Source of the DNA: Bacteroidota bacterium
Lineage (GTDB): Bacteria; Bacteroidota; Ignavibacteria; Kryptoniales; JAKASW01
DNA length: 64,000 nt
Reading direction: 5' to 3'
NCBI GenBank assembly: GCA_021825585.1
Contig: JAKAGT010000009.1
Location: 90,915 to 154,914 of the forward strand
This document shows positions 32,459 through 43,887 of this stretch, in pieces. Every line of letters starts with the position of its first letter. Position 1 is the stretch's first letter. A program made the translations under genes and the position numbers. Below the pieces are notes generated by a model. It did no database searches. It worked only from the letters and a program-made list of their open reading frames with translations, and had not been told where the DNA came from.

Positions 32459-35400
32459 TCATTTCGTCAGGATCATCTTCTTCACCTGAACCACGCCAGG
32501 TGCTGTCAAACGGTAGAAGTACACACCGCTCGCAAACCGGCTGCCATTGAACTGCACCCAGTGAGCACCTGCAGACTCGTACCCGTCGACCAGTGTGGCC
32601 ACTTCTCTGCCGAGCACATCATACACTCTCAAACTGACGAACCCCGAACTTCGAACATTGAACCCGATAGAAGTTGTCGGGTTGAACGGATTAGGATAAT
32701 TCTGATCGAGTCCCAATGTCACCGGAATCCCATTGCCGGCTCTCTCGATCCCGAGTATGATATCTTCACTGCCTCCCGCCTCGACATACCGTGCCTTGAA
32801 TTCCTGCATGTAGAGGTTCGCTATCCTGTTGCTATGAATTATGAGTGTGTTCTCGTTGTTGGAAGTCTCCGCCGCGCTCGTCCAGTTGTGCGATCCGGTT
32901 ATTACGGCCTGATCTGCCGACGGCATCTCGCCGTCGATGATCGCGTACTTGTGATGCAGGTACCCTGTAATGGCGGCTCCCTTCAAGTGCACATCCACCC
33001 CGGCGTCCACGAGGCTCTTGAACTCATTCCCGATATCAGTATTGTTGTCCAAAATGACCCGCACTTTCTTGCCAGACGATTTCTTATTTATTAGAATTTG
33101 TGCGAGATCGTCGCGAGTAAAAGTAAGCATTGAAATGGAAATGGACCGCACGGCCGAGCTGAGCTCCGCGCCGATGTGCGTAGTTGTACGGTCAGACGGG
33201 CTGAAGTAAAGTTCTACCGGAGAGCCGTCAATCATAAAACGATGGGGTGTATTGTCGGTCTTCCGTGCGCCGAAATGGGACGCCGAAGCATCGGGAGTGT
33301 CCGAACCGCTTCCCCACATCTCGTTGAACTCCATTGTGTATGCGTTTGCAAGAGCCTTGTCCTGAATCTCAATGGCGTTCTGCGCATCGCTGTTTGTACC
33401 GGGGTCGGTCGCGTTCCACGAACCTGTCCAGACCCAGTCGTCGGCGGCCGAAGTAGTGTCACGGAAATCAAATACCGCAAACTTGTTGTGCATCAGTCCG
33501 GCTCCGGCGTTGATCTGGTCGAACGCGTCGGTGATAAAGGAGACATTGCTTCTCAACATATTCATCGCGCTTGTTCCGGAGTTGTCGTTCTCGACGATGA
33601 CCCGCACTTTTACTCCGTGGCTCTTCGCGTTGATGAGCGCGTCGGCGATGCTTGACCCGACAGTGCCGCTGAGGCTGTAAAGCGCGACGTCTATGGAGTA
33701 CTTCGCGGAATTTATCCTGTCGATAAATTTCTGAGAGATGTCGGTGGATGTCGCCCTTTCACCGACCGCGACGCTGCTGTCGGTGGGATAGTTGAAATAG
33801 GCATTCATGCTGTCGGTCGAGCCCTCAGGAGAGGCCGTTGAGAAGATTCCGTCGCCGGAATAGTTGGTCCCCGTTCCGTCGGTCACGCCGACGCGGTAGT
33901 GATAGACTGTAGCCGGCCATAGGCCCGGGAGCACAACGATGTGGCTCGTGTCTTCAACGGATACGATTACCGAGTCGCTGTAATCGGAGGTGCGACCGTA
34001 CCTTACGACCGCCTTCGACGGAGTAGCGGTGGTGAAATAGATCGTAACGGAATTCCGGAGGATATCTTCCTCAAACGGCTGAACGACGAATGCCGGACCG
34101 GAGCTGACAATGATGTCAGCCTGGCTACGGGGATCGATCTCGTAGCCGCTCGTGTAAGGAGCGCTAGTCCTGTGCTGCTTCACTATACCGACAATGTCGA
34201 ACGATCCCGTTGGGTAAGAATAAGCACTCTTCGAGTAGACTATGGCGGTACCTGTTGCGTCTGTAATCGTGCCGCCGTTCACGCTGGACGACACGAAGCT
34301 GACATGGTTGACCCTGACCAGCCGCCCTTCGTTGGGTTCGCTGAAGTTATCCGTCTCGAAAGACGCGTTCACTTCCGCCGCGGTCAGAGTCAACGGTTCG
34401 GGCGCGAAATTGCCGTTTGATAATATCCTCACAGAATCCGGATCGATCTCCGTGAGTCCCGCGTATTGAGATATTTTTCCCGATACAGCGACGCTGTCCC
34501 CAACTTCGTAGTCGGCGAAGCGTATGGATTTGTAGACTTCAATTCCTGCAGTCCCATCCTGAATGCATATATCGGTACGAGAGGGGTCGAAGTCCGCCGT
34601 AATTATCCCGCTTACTTTAACCGGCGCACCAACCTGGTACGGTTCAGCAGGCACACCTTTGGAATCGTTGACGTGGACGGTGATTATCGGCGCGTACTTC
34701 GTGACAGAGACGGTGAGGTTATCCTGGATTGCCGAAGGCTCCGCTCCCGCCACGGCAGTCTTGAGTATGAAGCTGGCGTGCGTGACTGAATCAGGCGCAG
34801 TCAGTGAGCTTAACCCGATAACGGCGGTATCCGCGGAGGCAACCGCGGCACCCGTGATAATCACGCTATCCTGCGAGACCGTGCATGTCGCAGCCGACAG
34901 GCTCCTGCCGCCGAGCGATACGGACGAGCTGTTCGTTTGCCATGTGAAACACGACGGCACGATTACCACGATGACGGCTATGGTGTCCGTACCCTTACTC
35001 TCGATCTTTATGGTATACGGCAGAGTGCTGCCGGCGGATACTATAGTTGGAGAAATTTGAGCCGAGCCGATTCCGCTTCCCGGAGTCGAGAACGGGTTTA
35101 CTTCAACCGGGCTTGCCGAGTTGTGAGCGATCTTCCGGGGGGCCGTCTGTTCGAAGAAATCTTTCGAATTATCGCCCGTATCCCACGCGTTCCCGAGGTT
35201 GTCGTCGAAGGCGGCATCCTCGCCGCTCTTCCGCTGGAAGGATTTGCCGTCAGCCGTTACAGTCAATGGCAGATATGCAATGCCCTCCGGTGAAAGGATG
35301 GTACCGGATGGATCCCAACCGAACGCGTCGATAACGGTCGAACCGTCCCTGAGCTGCACGCACGACCTGACGTTGGAGTTCGACAAGTTCCTGGAAGCGG

Positions 35401-35734
35401 GGAACGATGCGTCGCATGCCACCGCGACCCCGCCATCCCCGATGAGGAAGAAACCGAATTCCTTGATCGTCTTTCCACCCAACGGGAGCTGCCATTCGGC
35501 GGCATTCGTACCGGAAGTATTCCCCGAAACAATCTGGACGTTTTGCCCGAACGTGACATCCGCCGGGAGTGGATTGTAAAGTTCGATGAACTCGCCCGTA
35601 TTGAACTGTGTGGAATTTCCGCCCATCGGGGCGACCTGAGAAATCACCACATGCCTGGCCCCCTGCGCGAGGAGCAAACCGCTCAGGAAACACTCGACTA
35701 ATAATGCAACGTATAGTTTCTTTGCCAATCCCAT
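32459..35734 (-). CDS. Large T9SS-sorted extracellular protein: lamin-tail domain + Ig/FN3-like modules + two PLD-type HKD domains
   Basis: Signal peptide MGLAKKLYVALLVECFLSGLLLAQG. LTD signature is VISQVAPMGG...GEFIELYNP. An FN3/PAP-N-like segment reads AVVRYGRTSDYSDS...TVYHYRV. HKD motifs are LMHNKFAVFD and YLHHKYAIIDGE...GSHNWT. The CTD is LDQNYPNPFNPTTSIGF...GVYFYRL...KKMILTK. Confidence 0.8.
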   Translation of the reverse strand: MGLAKKLYVALLVECFLSGLLLAQGARHVVISQVAPMGGNSTQFNTGEFIELYNPLPADVTFGQNVQIVSGNTSGTNAAEWQLPLGGKTIKEFGFFLIGDGGVAVACDASFPASRNLSNSNVRSCVQLRDGSTVIDAFGWDPSGTILSPEGIAYLPLTVTADGKSFQRKSGEDAAFDDNLGNAWDTGDNSKDFFEQTAPRKIAHNSASPVEVNPFSTPGSGIGSAQISPTIVSAGSTLPYTIKIESKGTDTIAVIVVIVPSCFTWQTNSSSVSLGGRSLSAATCTVSQDSVIITGAAVASADTAVIGLSSLTAPDSVTHASFILKTAVAGAEPSAIQDNLTVSVTKYAPIITVHVNDSKGVPAEPYQVGAPVKVSGIITADFDPSRTDICIQDGTAGIEVYKSIRFADYEVGDSVAVSGKISQYAGLTEIDPDSVRILSNGNFAPEPLTLTAAEVNASFETDNFSEPNEGRLVRVNHVSFVSSSVNGGTITDATGTAIVYSKSAYSYPTGSFDIVGIVKQHRTSAPYTSGYEIDPRSQADIIVSSGPAFVVQPFEEDILRNSVTIYFTTATPSKAVVRYGRTSDYSDSVIVSVEDTSHIVVLPGLWPATVYHYRVGVTDGTGTNYSGDGIFSTASPEGSTDSMNAYFNYPTDSSVAVGERATSTDISQKFIDRINSAKYSIDVALYSLSGTVGSSIADALINAKSHGVKVRVIVENDNSGTSAMNMLRSNVSFITDAFDQINAGAGLMHNKFAVFDFRDTTSAADDWVWTGSWNATDPGTNSDAQNAIEIQDKALANAYTMEFNEMWGSGSDTPDASASHFGARKTDNTPHRFMIDGSPVELYFSPSDRTTTHIGAELSSAVRSISISMLTFTRDDLAQILINKKSSGKKVRVILDNNTDIGNEFKSLVDAGVDVHLKGAAITGYLHHKYAIIDGEMPSADQAVITGSHNWTSAAETSNNENTLIIHSNRIANLYMQEFKARYVEAGGSEDIILGIERAGNGIPVTLGLDQNYPNPFNPTTSIGFNVRSSGFVSLRVYDVLGREVATLVDGYESAGAHWVQFNGSRFASGVYFYRLTAPGVVQVKKMILTK

Positions 35735-35871
35735 TATGCTGCTCCAATACCGCGGTCGACGCAGACCCGCAATTGTGTTTTAATGTACATTTCGATTGTG
35801 TTCAGCCGTCCCAGCGGCGCCACAAAATCTTTTTCACGACTCTGCTTCAAATATAACCGGCGAGAAGAAAC

Positions 35872-35907
35872 CGGAAAACTGCGGCTCGATGCGAAGACGA
35901 GCCGCAG
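35872..35907 (-). terminator. Intrinsic terminator downstream of the 35916 gene
   Basis: CTGCGGCTCG(35879-35888)/CGAGCCGCAG(35898-35907) is a 10-bp stem. On the minus strand it is followed by TTTT. Confidence 0.6.
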
Positions 35908-35915
35908 ACTAAGAA

Positions 35916-37148
35916 CTATTTCATCAAGACCATCTTCTTCGTGTCGACGTAACTGCTCCCGGATCTCCCGACGGCGGACATCATGTAATAATAAACGCCG
36001 CTCGGCATGCCGGTCATGTCGATGTCGGTTTCGAAGGAGCCCGCATCGCGCTCCAGGATAACATCTCTGACAACCCTTCCGAGTGGGTCAAATACACGTA
36101 TTATCACACGGGACGGTTCCTGTAGATCATACCTTACTGTGGTGGCCGGATTGAACGGATTGGGGTAGTTCTGATATAGAACAAATTCCTTCGGAACCGT
36201 GACAGTCACGGCGAGTATCTCGCCCATCTGCTCAATCCTCCCGGACCCATCGACGGCATCCACCTTATAGTAGTAAGTCTTCCCGCTTGAAACCCTGTGG
36301 TCGACATACGAATACGATCCGCCGTTCTGCGCTCCGCCCGCAGCTCTCAGGGATACGTTGGACGTGTAGCTTGAAATAATCTCGAACGGTCCATCCTTCA
36401 CGCATGCACGGGAGACGTTGAAGCCAGCGAGATCGAGTTCAGTTGCAGTCGAGAAGTCGACATAAACTCTCCCTCCCTCGCTCGTGGCCCTCATTTTCCT
36501 CATCGCAACTGCAAGAGAAACGTCGACCAGCGTCCCGCTGACGGTCAAGTCATATCCAGTTATAGGACCATAAACATACCATTTTCCAGTGGAGGGGTCG
36601 CTCGCACCATACGGAATTATCCGGAAGTTGACAATGGTGCCGGCCGGAAGATCCTGCAAATCCATCAGGCCAGACAGATCGATAGGAGTAATACTGCTTC
36701 CGTCGGTAGAGACCGACGAGAACTGGCTCGCAAAGTCGCCGATGCTTGTCCAGGTACCACCGTTGAGTTGGTAATCCCAAGCTCCATTCGGTGGACCCGT
36801 TGCGGACCGTCTATAGTTCAGATTGATCCTGCTCAGCGAAGTGGAATACGATGTGTTGACGGTCAGTCCAAATGTGACATATACGTTAGCAGCCACTGCC
36901 TCTGCCGCCGTCGCATAATTCCATCGGGTTCCGCCCCAGGCGTTCGCGGCTGCTGTGCCGCTCGTAGTGACACCGCTGCCTCGTGTTAGCCCCGTGCTGT
37001 TAGTTATCCCCGTCGCCACAACCGAAGCGGTCAAGCCGTCAATGCCATAGTTAGTCTGTCCTGTAACCTCCCATGCGACGAGTGTCGTCTGTCCCCTTGC
37101 ACCCGCTGTGACAAGCGTTGCCAGAATCATTGCAATTAAATACCTCAC
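35916..37148 (-). CDS. T9SS-sorted secreted protein of unknown function
   Basis: Signal peptide MRYLIAMILATLVTAGARGQ. The CTD is LYQNYPNPFNPATTVRYDL...GVYYYMM...KKMVLMK. The body has beta-rich Ig-like character and no catalytic motif was recognised. Confidence 0.75.
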   Translation of the reverse strand: MRYLIAMILATLVTAGARGQTTLVAWEVTGQTNYGIDGLTASVVATGITNSTGLTRGSGVTTSGTAAANAWGGTRWNYATAAEAVAANVYVTFGLTVNTSYSTSLSRINLNYRRSATGPPNGAWDYQLNGGTWTSIGDFASQFSSVSTDGSSITPIDLSGLMDLQDLPAGTIVNFRIIPYGASDPSTGKWYVYGPITGYDLTVSGTLVDVSLAVAMRKMRATSEGGRVYVDFSTATELDLAGFNVSRACVKDGPFEIISSYTSNVSLRAAGGAQNGGSYSYVDHRVSSGKTYYYKVDAVDGSGRIEQMGEILAVTVTVPKEFVLYQNYPNPFNPATTVRYDLQEPSRVIIRVFDPLGRVVRDVILERDAGSFETDIDMTGMPSGVYYYMMSAVGRSGSSYVDTKKMVLMK

Positions 37149-37907
37149 GGCCTTCTCCTTCTTCCGATGTTTTAACAGAAGTTCGGAGGTACGTTTGCGT
37201 TTGCCGGGAGGAGCTACTCAAGATAAAGACGATTCATCGGGCATCGTACCGCGACTTGAGTCCGCAAACATGCCGCCATCTTTAACCTTGATATTTATTA
37301 TCTATAGAACGTCTATCGCGCGATGTTAGCCGGAGTCCGCAGCGAAGAAGGAACGGCAGCCGCGGAAACGAGTCTGAAATATCCGGTCTCAGGCACATCC
37401 CGGATACATACCGCGCATCTCTTCGGCTTGCCGAAATTCGGGTCGTGGATCACCCCTGTTTGCCCCCAGGCGGTCAATGAAAAGAATAGAAAGTAAAACG
37501 AAGCCGTAAACACCCGCATTTTTCCCTCCGATTTATGCCAAAACGCCAGGAAGGCGGAGGGGTCTGTTACGAATTGACGGACTCAGGATGAGAGGATTTG
37601 CCCGGTGTGGTGCTGCTGCAGCGGTCGTAAACACGCCCGCCATCATGGCACGCTCGCCCAACGCAACAAATTTGCTGAATGCCGGGAATATTGTCAAGTG
37701 CCCGGGGGGAAAAACTTACGACGCCTGTTTATGGACCATCGCCAGTGGTTATATTACGTGGCGAGAGGCTGGACTCAGTGTTAGAATTGCTGGCGGCTCC
37801 CTGCGTCGGGACGGGATTAAGTGGCCCCACACCTCCGCGGCTTTTGTCTACTATACGGCACTGAGCTTGTGCCTCCCTATTCAGTCATACATTTTGCGAG
37901 CATAACT

Positions 37908-38360
37908 ATGGCACTCGATCAGATTCTTCACGACCGGATGAACGAAATCCTTGCCGATGCCGAGAAATCATTGTGCGGCGCCCGGCTGACTCACTATGAA
38001 AAAGCAGGTGAAGAACATAACCGTCAGAAGCTGAAAGCCCTCTGCACATTGACGGTGCGGGCCATTTCCGAAAAGAACCTCGGCCCTATGCTGGCACACG
38101 CGGAGGAAATCGCACGGGAAAGATTCGAAGCTGGTTTCGACCTGTCGGAGGTTCAAACTGCATTCAACGTCCTCGAAGAGGCGCTGTGGAAATTCATCAT
38201 CAAAAACCTTCCCCCTGTCGAGTTCGGAGACGCGATCGGGCTCGTGAGTACGGTTCTCGGTGCGGGCAAAGACATCCTCGCCACAACATACGTTGCGCTT
38301 GCCAGCAAGGCGAAAGTCCCCTCTCTGGACCTGCGGTCGTTATTTGTGGGCACCTATTGA
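37908..38360 (+). CDS. RsbRD-N-terminal-like (non-haem globin-type sensor) domain protein
   Basis: About 150 aa, all-helical: ...HAEEIARERFEAGFDLSEVQTAFNVLEEALWKFI... resembles the RsbR N-domain pattern. I chose ATG 37908 inside the 37821 ORF. It lies upstream of a hybrid kinase. Confidence 0.55.
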   Translation: MALDQILHDRMNEILADAEKSLCGARLTHYEKAGEEHNRQKLKALCTLTVRAISEKNLGPMLAHAEEIARERFEAGFDLSEVQTAFNVLEEALWKFIIKNLPPVEFGDAIGLVSTVLGAGKDILATTYVALASKAKVPSLDLRSLFVGTY

Positions 38361-38589
38361 CAGGCTTCGAATCACCTGATCCCTGGAGATGTCATAAGCA
38401 CACAACCGACAATTTTGAGAAGGCTTCAAAAGGGAAGTAGCTTTTTGCGACCGGTCGGTTCACTGGCGTCGCTCGTGCATTCAACTTAGATTGACTGCCG
38501 GCAGATTCCGGGAGGCCGCCTCAATCTGCTCCTCATAATTTGATATTGAACCGTTAACATGGCATTTTCTATGGAATTGAATATAAACA

Positions 38590-41500
38590 ATGAGTGATCC
38601 AGCTGCCGCTTACCAACCAAGTTCGAATTCAAACTCTCAGCGGAAACACAAGGCCGCGAGCACGCGGCTACTAAGTCGTGCACTGAACCTGATCGCGGCT
38701 CACCCCAACCGCGCAATCATCGGGATAACAATTCTGGTCATCGCGGTGATGGTAGGAGGTTCCTTCCTGGAAACAAGAGAGCTCGAACAGAGGTTGACAA
38801 CGACCGTCTTCAGGACCAATGCGGTCACAGCCTACTCCACCGCGTCTCATATCAAAGACTATCTTGAAAGCAGAGCCGAAGACCTCCGGCAACTCTCGGG
38901 AGAATTGAACGGGAATAAGTCTCTCGTTAACAGGATTCAGGATATCGATTCCTTCTCGCGGTTCATGAACAAGCAGCATGTGGCAGCGGTGCTCCTCTTC
39001 TCGCCCTCAGGCATTGTGAAGTACTCGACGGCAAAGAAGTTCGCGGGTATGAATTATTCCAAGACGCACTTTTGGAACTACATTGAGAATGAAACTGTCG
39101 GCGAAGTCACGCAATTGAAACCGGCAACCTCCCGAGAGAATATCCTCCCGACCTTTAAACCGTACTCCGGCGGGGCCGATACCACGAATCTAATCATAGT
39201 CGGACTGCCCATCGTGTCGGAAACTCCGGCAGGTGAAATGAAGCTGGAGGGAGCAGTAGCTCTTCTCATAGATCAGTTCGGCGTAATTCCTCCGCCAATT
39301 GGAACACTACCGGGAGTTCACGATACGACATCGAAGATCGGAATCGGATTCTTCACGCGATCAGGGTATCCATTCATACATTTGTGGTCTAATGTTCCGA
39401 GTTGGAACACTGTAAGTGTATCCAATTTGCAGGCAGGCGGAAGAGAGTCGTGTCAATCATGCCATCGAGAAGGAGAAATATCCACTATATTAGGCGGGTC
39501 GTATCAACTCGGGACAGGGTTCGTCAAGCCGAATTCGCCCGGACCTACAAATGGAGAATTCCTGTGGACATCCGCGAAGGTGACTTCTTCCAGCTTAGTC
39601 TTGCAGGACAGCATCTGGTACGTCGTCGTGAGCGTGGACAAGGCTCCGGTAGCGGCGTCGATCGACTCATTCATCAGGGAGTCAGCTGCCCTGACGATTG
39701 CGATCATCATACTCCTCGTCCTAATTCTAAGCCTCGGATTCTACGCGCACCGACAACGGGTGTTAGACCAGCAAAAGACGGAGCATCTCGAGCAGGTCGC
39801 TAAAGTGCGTGAGCAGTATGAGGTCCTGTTGGAAAAGTCAAATGATGGCATATACATCTTATTCAAAGACCATTTCGTTTTTGCAAACAAGAAGTTCGAG
39901 GAGTTGGTAGGGTACAGGCTGGAAGAACTGGCCAATATTGACTTTATGCAGCTTGTCGCACCTGAGAGCAAGCCTTTATTGCAGGATCGAGTTGAAAGGA
40001 TGAACCGCGGCAAAATCCTCGAACCCAGGTACTCATTCACGGCGCTGACCAAAGACGGCAGGGCGGTTCCTGTTGAGATCAGCGTCACACACGTCAGACA
40101 TGAAGGGGAAATAAGAACCATCGGTATCGTCCGCGACCTTAGCGAGTTGACTGCGCAGAAGCAGCTTTACGAGGATCTGTTCAATCATGCCCCGATCGGA
40201 CTGGCGATTTATAAAAACTTCAAGGCCGTGAAGGTGAATAACGAAGCCGCCGAACTGCTCAATTACGACAGGCCTGACGACCTGATCGGCGCACATGTAT
40301 TACAGTTCGTACACCCCGACGATTTGTCCATGGTCAGGGAAATGGTCAAGAAGGCAATGGAAGATCGCGTTCCGGCGGCCCCCTATGAAGAGAGGTTCAT
40401 CAGAAGAGACGGCTCCTCCTTCCACGCCCTCGTTCTTTCCCAACCGGTAGTCTATGAAAGTGAGGACGCGGTGCAGGTCGCGTTCGTTTCTATCGAAGAC
40501 AGGAAAACACTCGAAGAAAACCTGGAGCGCGAGGCGGCGCTGCAGGAACTTGAAAAGCTGAGACTCAACACGCTTCTACAGAACCTTAACGAAGGCATAC
40601 TCTTCCAGGGAGGGAATGGGACGATTGAATTTGCCAATGCGGAATTCTGTCGGATAGTGGGCATTGCAGAGAGTGCATCGATTATCGGGAAAAAGTCCGA
40701 CGAGGTTCTCGCCGACGCCGCCCGGATGACGGACTATCCTGAGGAATTCGTCAGCCGCGTTTCCAGGGACGTCGAACAGCGGCGAGTCGTGGAGGATGAA
40801 AGACACGAGTTCAAAAACGGCGTGATAGTGGAGAGAAGCGCACTGCCGCTCTACGACTCTGCCGACAACTACATCGGAAGGCTCACAATCTTCAGAGACG
40901 TGACTACGAGGGAGAGGAATGCGGAGACGATCAAAAGGCTTCAACGGACGGAATTGCTGGGCAGACTCGCCGGCGGCATAGCTCACGACTTCAACAATGT
41001 CCTTGCTATCATCATCGGGAGCCTCCAGATGATATTGAGAAAGATCGACAACCAGGCCAGCGTGCGTGACAATACCCAGCGAGCCCTTTCGAGTGCATTC
41101 CGCGGTTCCGAGATTTCGAAACGTCTCCTTCAGTTCGTTCGCTATTCGCCTCGCGGGTTCGAAGTATTCTCATTAAAACAGATCGTGGAAGAAACGGCTT
41201 CAATTCTCAGACACACGTTCGAGGAAAACATCGCAATCCATATTGAATTTCCGATCGGGGACGCCAACGTTTACGGATCCCCAGGAGACATGCAGCAGGT
41301 ACTGATCAATCTCGCAAATAACGCGCGCGACGCTATGCCGGGCGGCGGCACGCTAACGATATCCCTGACCGCGGCCAGCCGGAAGCAAATCGAGAAGAGA
41401 CTTGGAAACTCTGCGGCAAATAGGTATGTCCTGTTGAAGGTCCAGGATACCGGCGAGGGAATCGATGCAGACAAGATCGACAAAATATATGACCCGTTCT

Positions 41501-42090
41501 TCACGACGAGAGATATCGGCAAAGGCACCGGTCTCGGACTTTCCATCGTTCAGACAATTATTTCCGCGCATGCCGGCTTCGTAGAAGTGGAAAGCAAGCC
41601 GGGAGCCGGAACGACTTTCTACCTGTTCCTTCCAACGACAGACGACAGACCCGCATTGGAAGAAACGGCCCCGCGAAATGAAGGAACTAGAACTGGTGAG
41701 GTCACCGGCAAGCCGACCATACTTGTTGTAGAAGATGAGACCGGCCTTCGTGAACTTCTCTATGAGTTTCTTTCAGACAAGAATTTCAATGTTATCACGG
41801 CCAAAGACGGGGAAGAAGGATTGCGTTTCTTCGAGACCAATCCGGAAATCTCGCTAGTACTCTCCGACCTCGGGCTGCCTAAACTCGCAGGAGACGAGAT
41901 GCTCGCAAGAATGAAGACAAAGAGACCCGAGGTTAAATGCATACTGGCAACCGGCTACCTGACTCCCAACGCCGGTGGAGTACTGGATCATCTTAACGTC
42001 AAGATGATAATGAAACCTTATAATCTATCGGCAGTTTACACCTGCCTCGTGGAGACCCTGGCCAGCCGACCTTCGCGTGAGATGCCGTAA
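38590..42090 (+). CDS. Hybrid sensor histidine kinase: periplasmic sensor with CxxCH, multiple PAS domains, HisKA, HATPase_c, receiver
   Basis: TM1 is [19 protein letters not shown] periplasmic region of about 300 aa contains CQSCH (nt 39451-39465). TM2 is [21 protein letters not shown]-like repeats follow, then the H-box [13 protein letters not shown] boxes [10 protein letters not shown] and DTGEGI...GTGLGLS, and the receiver ILVVEDE...[15 protein letters not shown]. Confidence 0.85.
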   Translation: MSDPAAAYQPSSNSNSQRKHKAASTRLLSRALNLIAAHPNRAIIGITILVIAVMVGGSFLETRELEQRLTTTVFRTNAVTAYSTASHIKDYLESRAEDLRQLSGELNGNKSLVNRIQDIDSFSRFMNKQHVAAVLLFSPSGIVKYSTAKKFAGMNYSKTHFWNYIENETVGEVTQLKPATSRENILPTFKPYSGGADTTNLIIVGLPIVSETPAGEMKLEGAVALLIDQFGVIPPPIGTLPGVHDTTSKIGIGFFTRSGYPFIHLWSNVPSWNTVSVSNLQAGGRESCQSCHREGEISTILGGSYQLGTGFVKPNSPGPTNGEFLWTSAKVTSSSLVLQDSIWYVVVSVDKAPVAASIDSFIRESAALTIAIIILLVLILSLGFYAHRQRVLDQQKTEHLEQVAKVREQYEVLLEKSNDGIYILFKDHFVFANKKFEELVGYRLEELANIDFMQLVAPESKPLLQDRVERMNRGKILEPRYSFTALTKDGRAVPVEISVTHVRHEGEIRTIGIVRDLSELTAQKQLYEDLFNHAPIGLAIYKNFKAVKVNNEAAELLNYDRPDDLIGAHVLQFVHPDDLSMVREMVKKAMEDRVPAAPYEERFIRRDGSSFHALVLSQPVVYESEDAVQVAFVSIEDRKTLEENLEREAALQELEKLRLNTLLQNLNEGILFQGGNGTIEFANAEFCRIVGIAESASIIGKKSDEVLADAARMTDYPEEFVSRVSRDVEQRRVVEDERHEFKNGVIVERSALPLYDSADNYIGRLTIFRDVTTRERNAETIKRLQRTELLGRLAGGIAHDFNNVLAIIIGSLQMILRKIDNQASVRDNTQRALSSAFRGSEISKRLLQFVRYSPRGFEVFSLKQIVEETASILRHTFEENIAIHIEFPIGDANVYGSPGDMQQVLINLANNARDAMPGGGTLTISLTAASRKQIEKRLGNSAANRYVLLKVQDTGEGIDADKIDKIYDPFFTTRDIGKGTGLGLSIVQTIISAHAGFVEVESKPGAGTTFYLFLPTTDDRPALEETAPRNEGTRTGEVTGKPTILVVEDETGLRELLYEFLSDKNFNVITAKDGEEGLRFFETNPEISLVLSDLGLPKLAGDEMLARMKTKRPEVKCILATGYLTPNAGGVLDHLNVKMIMKPYNLSAVYTCLVETLASRPSREMP

Positions 42091-42293
42091 CCGGGCTGAC
42101 CGGCGTATCGGACAAGGCTTCGACTGTCGGCAGCGGATCAGATCTCTTTCATACCTCGAATCGTTGAGTGTTTCAACCCTCCTGTAATTTATTTCATCGC
42201 TCCACACAATCGTCACCCCGAAATTTCCCTCCATTCTCCAATCTTTGCGGGGGAACAATAGTTGCAATTCTTTGGGTATTCAGGAGGCTAACA

Positions 42294-42725
42294 ATGATGA
42301 ATCCGGATTTCGAGGCTGGCCAGGGAATGCTCCGGCTGGCATTGTCGTGCAGACGTTTCCAGAGGAACCTCGCGAGGGGAACCGGCATGACTACCAATGA
42401 GATTCTCTGCCTCCTTGTACTGTACTCCGAAGAACCAAGATCTATCGGTGAACTCAGCCGCATCCTCGACCTATCTCTTGCATCGACTTCCAAACTCCTC
42501 TCTTCGTTACAGGGAAAGATGTACATAAGTAGGAATCTTGATGAGGTCGACCGACGAAAAGAGATAGTCGTCCTGACTCAGCTCGGCAAAGGGATGGCAG
42601 AAAGGCTCCTAGCTCTATCGAGAGAACTCGCACTCGACGTCCTGAAGAACTTGCCCGACAGCATGAGGATGGATTTCGCAAGATGGATCCAATGGTACTC
42701 TGTTGAAAATACCGTCGGCGTTTGA
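42294..42725 (+). CDS. MarR-family transcriptional regulator
   Basis: Winged-helix pattern MTTNEILCLLVLYSEEPRSIGELSRILDLSLASTSKLLSSLQGKMYISRNLDEVDRRKEIVVLTQLG. AGGAGG lies 6 nt before ATG 42294. Confidence 0.85.
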   Translation: MMNPDFEAGQGMLRLALSCRRFQRNLARGTGMTTNEILCLLVLYSEEPRSIGELSRILDLSLASTSKLLSSLQGKMYISRNLDEVDRRKEIVVLTQLGKGMAERLLALSRELALDVLKNLPDSMRMDFARWIQWYSVENTVGV

Positions 42726-42765
42726 TCAAGGAATGCCGGCAAAAAAAAGGTTCAGGAGGTAAGTT

Positions 42766-43887
42766 ATGAGCAACCGGCTAACACGTAAACAGTTTCTGAC
42801 CAGGTCCGCTCAATACGCCGCCGGTGTCGCGGTTGGAGGAGCGGGACTGGATTTGCTCTTCCGGGAGAACGGCGCCGCGAAGAGCGCTGTCACTACATGG
42901 CCATGGCCTTACCAGGAGATTGATCCCGAAAAAGTGCGGATACTCGGTCACGACTCTTATTATGGTACACCCGGAGGATGCTGTTACGGCGCGTTTAATT
43001 CAATCATGCAAGCACTTCGAGACACCGTAGGAGATCCGTTTACAACCCTTCCGTCAGAATTGATGTACTTCGGGGCCGGCGGTGCAGCCGGTTGGGGAAC
43101 GCTCTGCGGGGCGATAAACGGCTCAGGCGCGGCAATCTCGCTGGTCTCCACGAAGGCCAACACCAGTACGCTCGTTGGTGAGCTGCTTGGGTGGTACACT
43201 CAAACAGAATTTCCAACGGATACCAGCAACCAATACGCACAGGAGTCGAAATATACGGTGAACAAGGTCACCTCGGCACTCCCGCAGAATATGAGCGGCT
43301 CGCCCCTCTGTCACATCTCGGTTTCGGAATGGTGCAAAACCTCGGATATGACGAGCGGATCTGCGGAGCGTCTCGACCGGTGCGCCCGGCTGACGGGTGA
43401 TGTCGCAGCGTATGCGGTGAAGATTCTGAACGACATGGCTAAGGGGTCATTTTCGCCCCTCTACGTCGCGCCGAGCAGCATAGCAGACTGCAAAGCCTGT
43501 CATGCCACCGGAGCGATGGCAACGGTTGTCTCCAACATGGAATGCACGCAGTGCCATGGTGACCCTCATGTTCAGCAAAGTGTGTCCGCGACAGAAGGGG
43601 TCGCCGCCGGTTATACTTTGACCCAGAATTATCCGAATCCGTTCAACCCCACAACACAGATCCGGTTTTCTGTCCCCTCCCGAGAGATTGTGACTCTTTC
43701 GATCTATGACGTGCATGGAAGGCTCGTGAAGAGGATTGTCGACCACGCCGCGTATTCTCCCGGGAATTACCTTGCCAATTGGGATGGCACAAACGGTGCC
43801 GGACAAAGAGTTGCCAGTGGAACCTACTTTGCAAGAATTACGGCTGGTGCGTATCAAAAGGCAGTCAGGATGAGCCTGGTAAAATAG
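42766..43887 (+). CDS. C_GCAxxG_C_C-family redox protein with Tat-like signal, two CxxCH motifs and a T9SS CTD
   Basis: N-terminus TRKQFLTRSAQYAAGVAVGGAG (twin-Arg-like RK). Family motifs are GGCCYGAFNSIMQAL, WGTLCGAINGSGAAISL, LCHISVSEWC and RCARLTGD. CKACH is at 43489-43503 and CTQCH at 43543-43557. The CTD is LTQNYPNPFNPTTQIRF...GTYFARI...RMSLVK. Confidence 0.75.
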   Translation: MSNRLTRKQFLTRSAQYAAGVAVGGAGLDLLFRENGAAKSAVTTWPWPYQEIDPEKVRILGHDSYYGTPGGCCYGAFNSIMQALRDTVGDPFTTLPSELMYFGAGGAAGWGTLCGAINGSGAAISLVSTKANTSTLVGELLGWYTQTEFPTDTSNQYAQESKYTVNKVTSALPQNMSGSPLCHISVSEWCKTSDMTSGSAERLDRCARLTGDVAAYAVKILNDMAKGSFSPLYVAPSSIADCKACHATGAMATVVSNMECTQCHGDPHVQQSVSATEGVAAGYTLTQNYPNPFNPTTQIRFSVPSREIVTLSIYDVHGRLVKRIVDHAAYSPGNYLANWDGTNGAGQRVASGTYFARITAGAYQKAVRMSLVK

